This document shows positions 50,010 through 59,792 of a DNA stretch of 64,000 nt, piece by piece (position 1 is the first letter of the stretch; each line of letters opens with the position of its first letter). The position numbers and the translations under genes are program-made. Under the pieces are notes generated by a model. That model was not told the DNA's origin. It searched no databases and worked only from the letters and a program-made list of their open reading frames with translations. The DNA is from Candidatus Aminicenantes bacterium (GTDB taxonomy: Bacteria > Acidobacteriota > Aminicenantia > Aminicenantales > UBA4085): assembly GCA_963803915.1 (NCBI GenBank), contig CAWDOL010000014.1:24871-88870 (forward strand). Direction: 5' to 3'.

Positions 50010-51368
50010 TTACTTCCGCCTCATGAACGCCTCGATCTCGGCCACCATGCGGGGCAGGCCCGGCGTCAGGTTCTCGCAGCCGGTTTCCGTGATGACGACG
50101 GTGTCCTCGACCCGGACGCCCAGATTCTCCTTGGGGAAGACGGCGTAGATGTCGCAGGCGAAGACCTGCCCGACCTTGAGGGGCGCGCGCCCCGCCGGGC
50201 TGACGTCGTGTACCGCCATGCCGACGTTGTGGCTGATCCCGACCTGCATGGTCCGGATCTTGAAGATCTCGCGGCTCGGGTCGAAGCCCTTCTTCCGCAG
50301 GATCTCCTCCACGAGCGGCAGGACGTCCTGGGCCGTGATGCCCGGCCTGTAGACCTGTTTGCATGCCTCCTCCACGGCCCAGGCCGCCTCGTAAATCTCC
50401 CTCTGGCGCGGAGTGAAGACGCCGTTGGCCGGGTAAGAGGCCGAGATGTCGACGACGTAGGAGCCCCAGCTCGGCCCGGCGTCGACGACGATGAAATCGC
50501 CATCCTGCAGGACGCGGTCGTGCCGGTAGTAGTGGAGAAAAGGGTGGTTCTCGGCCGAGCTGATGATGACATTGTAGGCGATGTCCCGCGCGCCGGCCTT
50601 CTTGCAGGCGTACTCGAAGGCGGCCGACATCTCGTACTCGGGCGCGCCGACCCGCGTCGCCCTCATCATGGCCAGATGGGCCTCCACACCCAACCGGCCG
50701 ACTCGGCGCAGCCACTCGATCTCGGCCGGCGACTTGATCGAGCGCAGCTCCCAGATGAAGGGGGCCGCGTCCTTGACCTCGGCGCCGGGGAAGCGCTCGC
50801 GCAGGTTCTTGACGAACTGGAGCTCGCGCGTCAGCCGGCCGTCCCAGAGGTTCAGGGTCATCGCGCCCTGCAGGATGCCCGCCTTCTCGGCCGAGCACTC
50901 CCGGCTCAGTTCCTCCGGCTTGAAGGAGGTATAGAGCGCCGTCCCTCGTCCGGCCAGCCGGGCCAGCGCCGGGGTGAACTGGTCGGCCGGCAGGACCTGT
51001 TCGATCCCCGTGACGTCCTTCGCGTTCCTGATCAGATCAAGGCTGATCCCCTCGTTGCGGGCGCCGTTTTCGCTGAGGGTGAAGAACAGCGTGCTCGTCT
51101 TCCGGACCCCGTCGATGATCAGAACGGCGTTGGGGACCTCGACGCCGCTGAAGTACAGGAAGTCGTTGTTCTGGACGAATTCGAGGAAGCCCGTCGGCGG
51201 AGTCGCGCCGAGGAAGATGACCGCCCCGTCCGGGATCTTCTCCATCAGCTTCTGCCGCCGGGCGGCGTACTCGGCCTTATCGAAATGGAGCGGCCCGGCT
51301 TGCAAGGCGCCGGACAGCAGGAACAGGGAGGCCGCAGCGGACCAAAGACGCGATTTCCATTGCTTCAT
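50010..51368 (-). CDS. Secreted Xaa-Pro aminopeptidase-family (M24) peptidase
   Basis: AMP_N (NNDFLYFSGV), LRSIKSPAEIE, VDAG, VDIS, SHNVGMAVHDV, GVRVEDTVVIT. Confidence 0.9.
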   Translation of the reverse strand: MKQWKSRLWSAAASLFLLSGALQAGPLHFDKAEYAARRQKLMEKIPDGAVIFLGATPPTGFLEFVQNNDFLYFSGVEVPNAVLIIDGVRKTSTLFFTLSENGARNEGISLDLIRNAKDVTGIEQVLPADQFTPALARLAGRGTALYTSFKPEELSRECSAEKAGILQGAMTLNLWDGRLTRELQFVKNLRERFPGAEVKDAAPFIWELRSIKSPAEIEWLRRVGRLGVEAHLAMMRATRVGAPEYEMSAAFEYACKKAGARDIAYNVIISSAENHPFLHYYRHDRVLQDGDFIVVDAGPSWGSYVVDISASYPANGVFTPRQREIYEAAWAVEEACKQVYRPGITAQDVLPLVEEILRKKGFDPSREIFKIRTMQVGISHNVGMAVHDVSPAGRAPLKVGQVFACDIYAVFPKENLGVRVEDTVVITETGCENLTPGLPRMVAEIEAFMRRK

Positions 51369-51378
51369 GGGCCGGCCC

Positions 51379-54321
51379 CTACTTGATCACCACTGTGTGA
51401 ATCCCAAACGGCTTGACCGGAGCGTAGATCGACCCGGGCACGACCTGGAACGAATTGGCCGGGGTCTCGCCGAGGTCGGTGACGAAGAACCGCACGGTGT
51501 CGGCCGTAAGGAGGGGGGTCGTCACGTGGGCTTGGCCGGCCTTGCCGGCGATCTCGCGCAGGCGGACCGCAATCCCCTCACCCTTCCAAGCCGGAAGCAC
51601 GGCCTGGATGACCACGTTGGGCGCGTCCACGGCAAAGAACGAGGCCTTGTCCGCGGCCAGCGTCCCCTTGACCTTCTCCGGCAGCCAGACCGCCTGCAGC
51701 GGCGACTGGACCTCCCGGCCGAAGCGCGTGGACGCGACCAGGTCCGTCCCACCGGCCCGGCTGGTCAGCGAGTAGCGGAAGACCAGCGTCCCGCCCTGGG
51801 AAGCCTTGAAGTTGGTCATCCAGAGGTTGTTCAGGGCATAAGAGAAGACAAAGGCGTTTTTGAGGTCGAGCTTCTTCAGCCACTTGCCCGTGTTGATGTC
51901 GCCGAACTGGACGAGCGGGGCCTCGACCGGCGACCAGACGATCGTGGACTTGGCCGAGGCCGCCTCGACCCAGCTCTGGATGGTGTGCCAGTCGCGGGTC
52001 GTGCCGGGCAGCTGCTCGGTCTCCGGGGCCATGGTCCCGTCGGCGATGTCGAAGCGCAGCTTGCCCGCCTCGGTCCGGAAGGGGAAGGCGAAGTAGGCGG
52101 CCTCGGGGTCCAGCGTCTCCTCCTTCTTCAGCGTGTTGACGATGTCGACCCGCTTGATGCCGTCGTAGAGGATGATCTCCTGTCGGACCTCGGGATTACG
52201 GACGGTCTTGGAGGTCACGACCAGGCTGGAGGCGCCCGGCCCCTGCAAGCCCGCCGCCGCCTTGGCCGCGACCGGCGAATGGCGCTTGAACTCGGCCCGC
52301 TTGGTCATGTTGTCCACGGCGTCGCGCCCGCCGACCGGATTCTCGTAGATGAACTGGTTCAAGGCGTAGCCCGAGCGGGCGTCGACGAGCTCGGTGCCCG
52401 TCTGCTTGTCGATCAGGCTGGACAGGCCGCCGCTCACGGTGTCCACGACGGCCTTGTAGAACTTGTTCTCGATCGTCGTCTTCCCCACCACCGCGGCCGG
52501 GGCCGGCGGCGAGGGCTGGACGTCGGGCGTGATGGTGTAGACGGCATAGCCCATCGACGGCACGTTGGCCTGGAAGAGCAGGGTGGACTTGTCGACGATC
52601 TGATAGGAGATCTCGGCCCCCGTGGCCTTCTCCAACAGCTTGAATTTGCCTTTCTTCTCGACCAGGGCCGCCGGCAGGACGGCCCGGACCATGTCGGTGC
52701 GCTCCCACGACAGCGGGTTGAAGACCGCCATGGCGTAGACCCCGGGGTTGGGGATGCGCTTGGTGATGACGCCCAGGCTGCGCCCGTTCAGCGTCTTGGC
52801 GATCTCGCGGGCCGCGTAGGCATAGCCGCCCTTGATCAGCCACTGGCCGCGGGCCAGCTCCGATTCGGGCGCGCTGATGGAATTGTGGGCGCCCCAGGTG
52901 TGCTCGTCGTAGAGCATGGTCTGCTCGTAGGCCTCGCGCATCTCGGCCGCCGGGAAGGCGAAGGTCTTGTCCAGCAGGCTTGCGGCCAGCGACCAGGTTT
53001 CGGCCGCGCCGATCTCGCCGTGGGCCATGCGGTTGAGGCCCGTCTCGAAGGCCGTCGAGCCGATGCCGTCCGTCCAGTAGTCGGGCCAGCCCAGCTTGTG
53101 GGTGGGGATGGACTTGGCGTAGGCCTTCTCGAAGTCGCCGAAGTAGTCGCTCATGGTGGCCAGGCGCAGCTTGGGGTAGGCCCAGCGGGCGTTCCACTCC
53201 CGGACCCGGTCGGACAGCTCCTTCTTGGGCGGGCAGTTGTCCGTGACATAGCCGCTGACGTGGAAGGCGATCTTGTCGTACGGGTAGTCGCCCCGGGCCT
53301 GCAGCTTGGCCAGATAGTCGACGATCTTGGGGAAGCTCTTCTCGATGCCCTCATGAACGAGCAGGTCGTAGTTGACGAAGAGGTAATGCTCGCCGTTCCA
53401 GTGCAGGATCTTGCTGCCGTCGGGCGACTCCCAGTAGAAGGGATTGGGCCGCCGCAGCGGCGCCCGCGACCGCGTCTCGTTGATGCCGGTGGTGAACCAC
53501 TTCACGCCGACCTGGGTCAGGATCTGCGGGACGGCCCAGCTGAACCCGGTGACGTCGTTGTTCATCGCGGCCCGCAGCGGGAAGCCGTAGGTCCGGCTCA
53601 GCTCCCGGGCCAGCAGGACCGAGCGGACGAGCTCCTCGTGGCCGAATCCGTCGGACTGGTTGAGGTACCAGGCCGAAAGCTCCACGCGTCCGGACTTGAG
53701 CAGGGCGATGAGCTCCTCCACCCTGGCCGCGGGGCGGGTCTTGATGAAGTTCTGCAAGGCCCAGGAAACCTCTATGTTCCAGCGGAACTTGGCTTCCTCG
53801 GGATAGCCGTCGGTGGCTTTGCAGAAGTCGATGACCGAGTCGAGGTACTCGACGTGGTTTTTCGTCACTCGGGTTTGAAGCTCCGTATAGCCGATGTCCG
53901 TGTGGCTGTGCGGCATTAAATAGAAAGTCCATTTGCGCTGCGGCGACAGGGCGATGTCCTTGGCCGCCTTGGCTTTGCCGGCCGTGACGGTGAAGGTCGC
54001 CTTGGCCGCGGCCCGGACCTCCGGGATATTGACCGAGACCGCGTTCCGCCCCGCGGACAGCCCGTCGATATCGAAGATTAAAGCCTTGCCCAAACCCTTG
54101 ACCTGGACGGAGGCGGCCGGCTGGGCCGCGGCGCTCTCGATGACGAGCTCGATCCTTTGCTTGAGGGCGCCCCCCTCCTGGACGAAGAGGACGGTCGGCT
54201 TGACCTCGATCTTCAGGGGGACGGAGGGGGCCTTCGGTTGGGCTATGGAAGCACCGGCCATAAGGACCAGGACGAGGGGGACAAGCGCCAAGCGGCGAAT
54301 CGGGGCGGATGTGACGGACAT
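51379..54321 (-). CDS. Secreted GH38-like (alpha-mannosidase-fold) glycoside hydrolase
   Basis: PHSHTDIGY, FRWNIE, NNDVTGFSW, LYDEHTWG, VFNPLSWER motifs; GH38 C-terminal beta domain. Confidence 0.85.
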   Translation of the reverse strand: MSVTSAPIRRLALVPLVLVLMAGASIAQPKAPSVPLKIEVKPTVLFVQEGGALKQRIELVIESAAAQPAASVQVKGLGKALIFDIDGLSAGRNAVSVNIPEVRAAAKATFTVTAGKAKAAKDIALSPQRKWTFYLMPHSHTDIGYTELQTRVTKNHVEYLDSVIDFCKATDGYPEEAKFRWNIEVSWALQNFIKTRPAARVEELIALLKSGRVELSAWYLNQSDGFGHEELVRSVLLARELSRTYGFPLRAAMNNDVTGFSWAVPQILTQVGVKWFTTGINETRSRAPLRRPNPFYWESPDGSKILHWNGEHYLFVNYDLLVHEGIEKSFPKIVDYLAKLQARGDYPYDKIAFHVSGYVTDNCPPKKELSDRVREWNARWAYPKLRLATMSDYFGDFEKAYAKSIPTHKLGWPDYWTDGIGSTAFETGLNRMAHGEIGAAETWSLAASLLDKTFAFPAAEMREAYEQTMLYDEHTWGAHNSISAPESELARGQWLIKGGYAYAAREIAKTLNGRSLGVITKRIPNPGVYAMAVFNPLSWERTDMVRAVLPAALVEKKGKFKLLEKATGAEISYQIVDKSTLLFQANVPSMGYAVYTITPDVQPSPPAPAAVVGKTTIENKFYKAVVDTVSGGLSSLIDKQTGTELVDARSGYALNQFIYENPVGGRDAVDNMTKRAEFKRHSPVAAKAAAGLQGPGASSLVVTSKTVRNPEVRQEIILYDGIKRVDIVNTLKKEETLDPEAAYFAFPFRTEAGKLRFDIADGTMAPETEQLPGTTRDWHTIQSWVEAASAKSTIVWSPVEAPLVQFGDINTGKWLKKLDLKNAFVFSYALNNLWMTNFKASQGGTLVFRYSLTSRAGGTDLVASTRFGREVQSPLQAVWLPEKVKGTLAADKASFFAVDAPNVVIQAVLPAWKGEGIAVRLREIAGKAGQAHVTTPLLTADTVRFFVTDLGETPANSFQVVPGSIYAPVKPFGIHTVVIK

Positions 54322-54462
54322 GACTCTCTCCTTTGGGGCGCGAAGCGCCTTCAATCTAGCATAAAAGCGCAGCCGGCCCGATAATTCCGTCTAGGCGCCC
54401 GTTTACCCTCGCTCGCCGTTCCATTATAATGGCTTTGGAAATTCGAGAGGAGGGCCCGACCC

Positions 54463-56250
54463 ATGTCCAAAGACGTCACCACCCTTAGCCGGCTCTTCCT
54501 CAACACCTGCCGGATGTTCCCCAAGCCCGAGATCCTCAAGGCCAAGGTGGACGGCCGCTGGGAGGCCCTGTCCACGGACGAGTTCGGCCGCCGGGTCCGG
54601 CACCTCTCTCTTGGGCTGCGGGCCCTGGGCCTCGACCGCGGAGACAAGGTCGCGCTCCTGGCGGAGAGCGGGCCCGACTGGGTCGTCGCCGACTTCGCCG
54701 TCCTCTGCGCTGGGGGCGTCACGGTGCCGATCTTCCCCACCCTCCCCGCCGAGCAGATCCGCTACATCGTCGACAACGCCGAAGCCCGCTTTATCCTGGC
54801 CGCGGGCGGCGTCCTGTGGGAGAAGGTCGCCGCGGTGCGCTCCCGGCTCGGCCACTTGAAGCAGGCGATCTTCATGGGCCGCGACAGCGCCCCCGACGGC
54901 ATGCCGCTGGCCGAAGTCATGGCCCTGGGCGCGAAGGCGGAAGCCGCGGACCAGGGCGCGTTCGAGCGGATGGCCTTGGCCGTCCAGCCCGGAGACCTGG
55001 CCTCGCTCATCTACACCTCGGGAACCACCGGTATCCCCAAGGGCGTCATGCTGAGCCATGGGAACTTCGTCAGCAATCTCCACGGCCTGGATGAGCACGA
55101 GCGCTTCAGCCAGGACGACGTCATTCTCTCCTTCCTGCCCCTGTCCCACGTCCTGGAACGGACCGGCTCCTTCCTCTTCCTGTTCAAGGGCTGCACCATC
55201 GCCTTCGCCGAGAACGTGGCCGCCGTGGGCGAGAACATGCTGGAGATCCGGCCGACCATGATGGTCAGCGTGCCGCGCCTTTTCGAGAAGATTTACGCCC
55301 GGATCATGGACCAGGTCCGGGCCGGCTCGGCCGTCAAGAAGCGCATCTTCTTCTGGGGCGTCAAGACCGGCAAGGCCGCGGCCGCGCTGACCATCGCCGG
55401 CCGCCCGCTGCCCCGCGGCCTGGCCTTCCGGCTGGGCCTGGCCCGCAAGCTCGTCTTTCACAAGATCCTGGCCAAGACCGGCGGCCGCTTCCGCTTCCTG
55501 GTCTGCGGCGGAGCGCCGCTGGCGGCCGACATCGTCGAGTTCTTCTACGCCGTCGGGCTGGTCATCATGGCCGGCTACGGGCTGACCGAGACGGCGCCCG
55601 TCCTGGCCGCCAACAATCCCTGGAAATATAAGATCGGCACGGTCGGCACGGTCCTGCCCGGCGTGACCCTGCGCATCTCCGAAGACGGCGAAATCCTGGC
55701 CCAGGGGCCGAACGTCATGCTCGGCTACTACAAGAACGAGGCCGCCACACGCGAGGTCATGGCCGGCGGCTGGTTCCATACCGGCGACTTGGGCCGCATG
55801 GACGAGGAGGGCTACCTGACCATCACCGACCGCAAGAAGGACCTGATCGTCACTTCGGGCGGCAAGAACATCGCCCCGCAGCCGATCGAAAGCCTCATCC
55901 TGGCCGATCCCTACTTCTCCAGCGTCGTCGTCGTGGGCGCCGAGCGCAAGTTTATCGCCGCCCTGATCGTGCCGGAGTTCGCGCGCCTGGAGGAATGGGC
56001 CCGCGATAAAGGCCTGGCTTTCAAGGACCGGGCCGACCTCTGCCGCCGTCCGGAAGTCGCGGAGTTCCTGATGAGCCGTATCGACGCCGCCACCCCCGAG
56101 CTGGCCGCCTACGAGCGGATCAAGAAGATCGCCATCCTGGACAAGGACTTCGAGATCGGCGAGGACGAGGTCACGCCGACCCTCAAGATCAAGCGCAACA
56201 TCGTCGAGAAGAAGTACAAGTCCCAGATCGACGACCTTTACGCCGAGTGA
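54463..56250 (+). CDS. Long-chain fatty acid--CoA ligase (AMP-dependent synthetase)
   Basis: YTSGTTGIPKG, LPLSHVLER, GYGLTET, GWFHTGDLG, DRKKDLI. Confidence 0.93.
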   Translation: MSKDVTTLSRLFLNTCRMFPKPEILKAKVDGRWEALSTDEFGRRVRHLSLGLRALGLDRGDKVALLAESGPDWVVADFAVLCAGGVTVPIFPTLPAEQIRYIVDNAEARFILAAGGVLWEKVAAVRSRLGHLKQAIFMGRDSAPDGMPLAEVMALGAKAEAADQGAFERMALAVQPGDLASLIYTSGTTGIPKGVMLSHGNFVSNLHGLDEHERFSQDDVILSFLPLSHVLERTGSFLFLFKGCTIAFAENVAAVGENMLEIRPTMMVSVPRLFEKIYARIMDQVRAGSAVKKRIFFWGVKTGKAAAALTIAGRPLPRGLAFRLGLARKLVFHKILAKTGGRFRFLVCGGAPLAADIVEFFYAVGLVIMAGYGLTETAPVLAANNPWKYKIGTVGTVLPGVTLRISEDGEILAQGPNVMLGYYKNEAATREVMAGGWFHTGDLGRMDEEGYLTITDRKKDLIVTSGGKNIAPQPIESLILADPYFSSVVVVGAERKFIAALIVPEFARLEEWARDKGLAFKDRADLCRRPEVAEFLMSRIDAATPELAAYERIKKIAILDKDFEIGEDEVTPTLKIKRNIVEKKYKSQIDDLYAE

Positions 56251-56260
56251 GGACCGGGCT

Positions 56261-58561
56261 TCAGAAGCCCGCTTGAAGCGTCAGGTCCAGACTGCGCCCC
56301 TTGCGGTTGAGGAGCGGCAGGTCGAAGAACTCCCGGTAGGAAGCGTCGAAGACGTTGTCCAGCGAAAGCCGCAGGGTCCAGGCGCGCCCGATCCGCCAGC
56401 CGGCGGCCAGGTCCACCGCAAGCCACGCCGGCGCCGGCAGGTCCCCGACCGAGGTCCGGCGCTCGGCCACAGCCCCCCTCAAATCCAGTCCCAGCCATCC
56501 GGCGCCTCCGAGTACCGTCCGGCGCAGGCCCAGGCGGCCCTGCAGGGGCGGCAGATCGTCCAGCACCTCGTCGTTGCCGTGGACGGCGGCCCCGATCGCC
56601 GTGACCGCCGCCCGCAGGATCCAGCCGCTCTCCCAAGCCAGCCCGGCCTCGGCTTCCAGGCCGTAGATCTCGGACCGGCCGGCGTTGGCGAAGACGCCGG
56701 TGCGGTTGCCGGTCGGCTTGTCCCACTTGATGACGATCAGGTCGCGGAGCCGGTTGACGAATCCGGCCAGCGAGCCCTCGACGCGCAGCGGGCCCGGCCG
56801 CTCGCTCCGAAACTTGAGGACGAGGTCGGCGTTCAGGCTGTGCTCGGGCTTGAGGTCGGGATTGCCGATGTTGAACCCCTGCGGGGTTTGGCCGACGAAG
56901 TAGCGGTCCTTGGGCGTCGGCAGCCGGAAGGCCGTCCCGAGGTTCGCGCCCAGCCGCAGGGAGGGAGCGAGCTTGAAAAGCAGGCCCAGGTTGCCATTGA
57001 CCTGCGGGTCGATGCGGCGCGTCAGGACGCCGTCGGAAAGCTCGGCCCGGTCGGTCGGGAAATCGACGCGGGCGCCGAAGACGAGGTCCCAGCGGGCGGC
57101 GACGGACCAAGTGCCCTGGACGAAGGCGCCGATGTCGCGGGTGGCCGCGGGAGGCACCTCGTTGAGCGGAGCGGACGTCAGCGGTGCCGCCTGCCCCGCC
57201 TGGTATACATTCCGGACGCCGGTGATGTGCTGGTTCTCCTGGAAGTACCCGTCCAGGCCGAGGAACAGGACGGCATGGGAGGCGGGCGAAAGGCCGGCCC
57301 GCAGCAGGAGGCCGTAGTCGTCCTCACCCAGGTCGCGCAGGCTCTGCACGGTGCGGGAGCCGGACAGGGTCCTGAAATCGGCCGCCAGGGTGAAGCGTCC
57401 GCGCGACAGGCGCGCCTCAAGGGAATTGAGGAGCCGGCCGTTCGGCCGCCACTCGTAGGACAGGGCTCCGACCTCGTTGCCCTCGGACGGGTGGCGGTTG
57501 ACGATTGCGGGATCGCCGCTGGCCTTGCCGATATTGGTCCCGTCGGTGCGGAGGTAGAGGATGTCGAGACGATGGCCGGGGGCGGGTCGGATCTGGCCCT
57601 TAGCCAGGAGGGAGGACAGGTGGAACCCGGATTCGGGCAGAATCGAGCCGCCCCCCATCCGATAGTCCTCCTCGGCCGTGCGCCCATAGGCCACCAGGAA
57701 GGAGGCCGTACGCGTTCCGGCCTCCAGGTGGAAGGCCCCGTCAGGACCGTTGGCGGCCGACTGATAGCCGGCCGACGCTCCGCCGCCGACGGAGAACCCA
57801 TCCTCGGGGAAGGACGGCTGCAGTGTGTCGACCCGCAGGACGCCGGCCATGGCGTCGTGGCCGTAAACCGCGGAGAAGGGGCCCTTGACGACTTCCACGG
57901 CCTCGACGGCGAAGGGATGGACGAAGCCGAGATGCCCGCCGATCGTCCGGATGGAGGCGGTCCGCACACCGTCGACGAGCAGGACGAGCCGGTTGCGGGC
58001 CAGGCCGCGAAGGGCCGGGGCGGAATAGAATCCGCCGCCCACGAAGGACAGGCCGGGAACGTCGGCGACGGCTTCGTTGAGGGCGTCCGTCCCACGGTCG
58101 AGCAGGCGCTCGCGCGGCAGGGTCCGGCCCGCGTAAGGAAGCTCGAAGCCGGGCCGGTCGAGCCCAACCGCCTCGACGATGACCTCCTCGGACGGCAGGA
58201 AGGCGGACGGATCGGCGGTCAGGCGGACGACGATCTCGGCGCCGGAAACGGCCTTCAGTGAGGTCTCGGCGAATCCGGTCAGGCGGACGGTCAGGACGAG
58301 GTCGCCGCCGGTGGGCACGTCCAAGCGAAAGCGGCCCTGGGCGTCGGTCTTCACCGCCGCGAGCGGGCCGACCCCGGCTTTCGCCGGAGCCAAGGTGACC
58401 ATGGCCGCCGCCAGCGGGCGGCCGTCCTCGGCCGCAACGACGCGGCCGGAGTAAGCTTGGGCCGCGGGCAGGGCCGCCGGCGCGAGGAACAAGGCGGCGG
58501 CCAGCAGCGCCGCCCCGATTCGACTGTCTCTATAGGATATATGAAATGAGGTCCGGGACAT
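56261..58561 (-). CDS. TonB-dependent receptor with N-terminal carboxypeptidase-regulatory-like domain
   Basis: Signal peptide; plug (PGL..SAPALRGL..VLLVDGV, VEVVKGP.SAVYG..AMAGV); NPDLKPE, DNVFD..Y, C-terminal Phe. Confidence 0.92.
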   Translation of the reverse strand: MSRTSFHISYRDSRIGAALLAAALFLAPAALPAAQAYSGRVVAAEDGRPLAAAMVTLAPAKAGVGPLAAVKTDAQGRFRLDVPTGGDLVLTVRLTGFAETSLKAVSGAEIVVRLTADPSAFLPSEEVIVEAVGLDRPGFELPYAGRTLPRERLLDRGTDALNEAVADVPGLSFVGGGFYSAPALRGLARNRLVLLVDGVRTASIRTIGGHLGFVHPFAVEAVEVVKGPFSAVYGHDAMAGVLRVDTLQPSFPEDGFSVGGGASAGYQSAANGPDGAFHLEAGTRTASFLVAYGRTAEEDYRMGGGSILPESGFHLSSLLAKGQIRPAPGHRLDILYLRTDGTNIGKASGDPAIVNRHPSEGNEVGALSYEWRPNGRLLNSLEARLSRGRFTLAADFRTLSGSRTVQSLRDLGEDDYGLLLRAGLSPASHAVLFLGLDGYFQENQHITGVRNVYQAGQAAPLTSAPLNEVPPAATRDIGAFVQGTWSVAARWDLVFGARVDFPTDRAELSDGVLTRRIDPQVNGNLGLLFKLAPSLRLGANLGTAFRLPTPKDRYFVGQTPQGFNIGNPDLKPEHSLNADLVLKFRSERPGPLRVEGSLAGFVNRLRDLIVIKWDKPTGNRTGVFANAGRSEIYGLEAEAGLAWESGWILRAAVTAIGAAVHGNDEVLDDLPPLQGRLGLRRTVLGGAGWLGLDLRGAVAERRTSVGDLPAPAWLAVDLAAGWRIGRAWTLRLSLDNVFDASYREFFDLPLLNRKGRSLDLTLQAGF

Positions 58562-58787
58562 CGAGCAAGCTCCTTTGGGTCGGATCATGGGGTGGCGGAA
58601 AACGAGGGCCTAGATTAGCAGATTCGGCCCGGTCCGGCAAACCCGAATCTATCGCCTCGACTCCTCCAGGAGGCTAATGACGGCGGCTCGGACATCCGTC
58701 ATCGCGAATGGCCGCCGAGGGCCGGGCCAGGAATTTCCTGTCCGTCCGAGTCATGATCCGACCACCCAGTCTCCCTGGGTTTGTCGT

Positions 58788-59792
58788 TCATACCTTCATC
58801 TCCTGTTCCAGAAAGCTCCAGACCGTCCGAACGTCCCCGGCGCAGGGTGCGTCGATCTCCACGACCGTCCGCTCCCGGATCTGGGCCCGGCTGACCGCCG
58901 GGTCGTAACGGATCCGGCCGGCAACCTTGGCTCCCAGACTTAGGGCCCGGGCTTCGATGCGATCCGCGGCCTCGGCGTCGAGGTCCCATTTGTTGACGCA
59001 AACCGCCGCCGGCAGCTCGAAGTGCCGGGCCAAGGACAGGACCCTCTCCAGGTCGTGCTCTCCCGCGACGGTGGGCTCCGTAACGGCCAAGACCAGGCTC
59101 GCGCCGGTCACCGAGGCGATGACCGGGCAGCCGATGCCCGGCGGGCCGTCGACGATGATCAACGCCCGGCCCTCCTCCTCCGCAATCCGCCGGGCTTCCC
59201 GCCGGACCGTGGAGACGAGCTTGCCGGAGTTCTCGGCCGCGGCTCCCAGCCGGGCGTGGACCATCGGCCCGCACCGGGTCTGCGAAACCATCCATTCCCC
59301 GCTTCGGCATTCGGGAAAGTCGATCGCCCCGGCCGGACAGAAGCGGACGCACACGCCGCAGCCTTCGCAGGCGGAGGCGTCGACGACGTACACCTCCCGG
59401 CCGGCCCAGCCGGCGGCCGTCTCCATCTCCCGGATGAGACTGTCCGTCCGTACCGAGCAGGTCCGCTTGCAGTAGTCGCAGAGACGGCAATCCAGCGGCG
59501 TTCCGGCGGGGGAAGCGGCCGTCCCGCCCGGAGGAAGACGCAGGACCGCCCCAAAGCGGCAGAGCGTCCCGCAGAGGCCGCATCCGGTGCAGTCATCGGC
59601 CCGAATGACCGCCCGGCGTCCGCCGATGAAGTCGTGGCGCTCCCTCACCACCGGCGCGAGGAGCAGGTGCATATCCGCGGCATCCACGTCGCCGTCGACG
59701 ATGACGGGCCGCCGAGCCAGGACGGCAAAGGCCGCCGCCAGGCTGGTCTTGCCCGTCCCGCCCTTGCCGCTGATGACCGCCAGCTCCTTCAA
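58788..59792 (-). CDS. MinD-like P-loop ATPase with inserted ferredoxin domain (ORP-cluster ATPase), three CxxCxxCxxxC motifs
   Basis: TTG start overlapping upstream stop; VISGKGGTGKT, DGDVD, ENSGKLV, DGPPGIGCPV. Confidence 0.88.
   Translation of the reverse strand: MKELAVISGKGGTGKTSLAAAFAVLARRPVIVDGDVDAADMHLLLAPVVRERHDFIGGRRAVIRADDCTGCGLCGTLCRFGAVLRLPPGGTAASPAGTPLDCRLCDYCKRTCSVRTDSLIREMETAAGWAGREVYVVDASACEGCGVCVRFCPAGAIDFPECRSGEWMVSQTRCGPMVHARLGAAAENSGKLVSTVRREARRIAEEEGRALIIVDGPPGIGCPVIASVTGASLVLAVTEPTVAGEHDLERVLSLARHFELPAAVCVNKWDLDAEAADRIEARALSLGAKVAGRIRYDPAVSRAQIRERTVVEIDAPCAGDVRTVWSFLEQEMKV

Noticed and set aside
56255-56271. Hairpin CGGGCTT-CAG-AAGCCCG between convergent acyl-CoA ligase and TBDR
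   Set aside because: Short stem overlapping the TBDR stop with no U-tract; too weak to call a terminator
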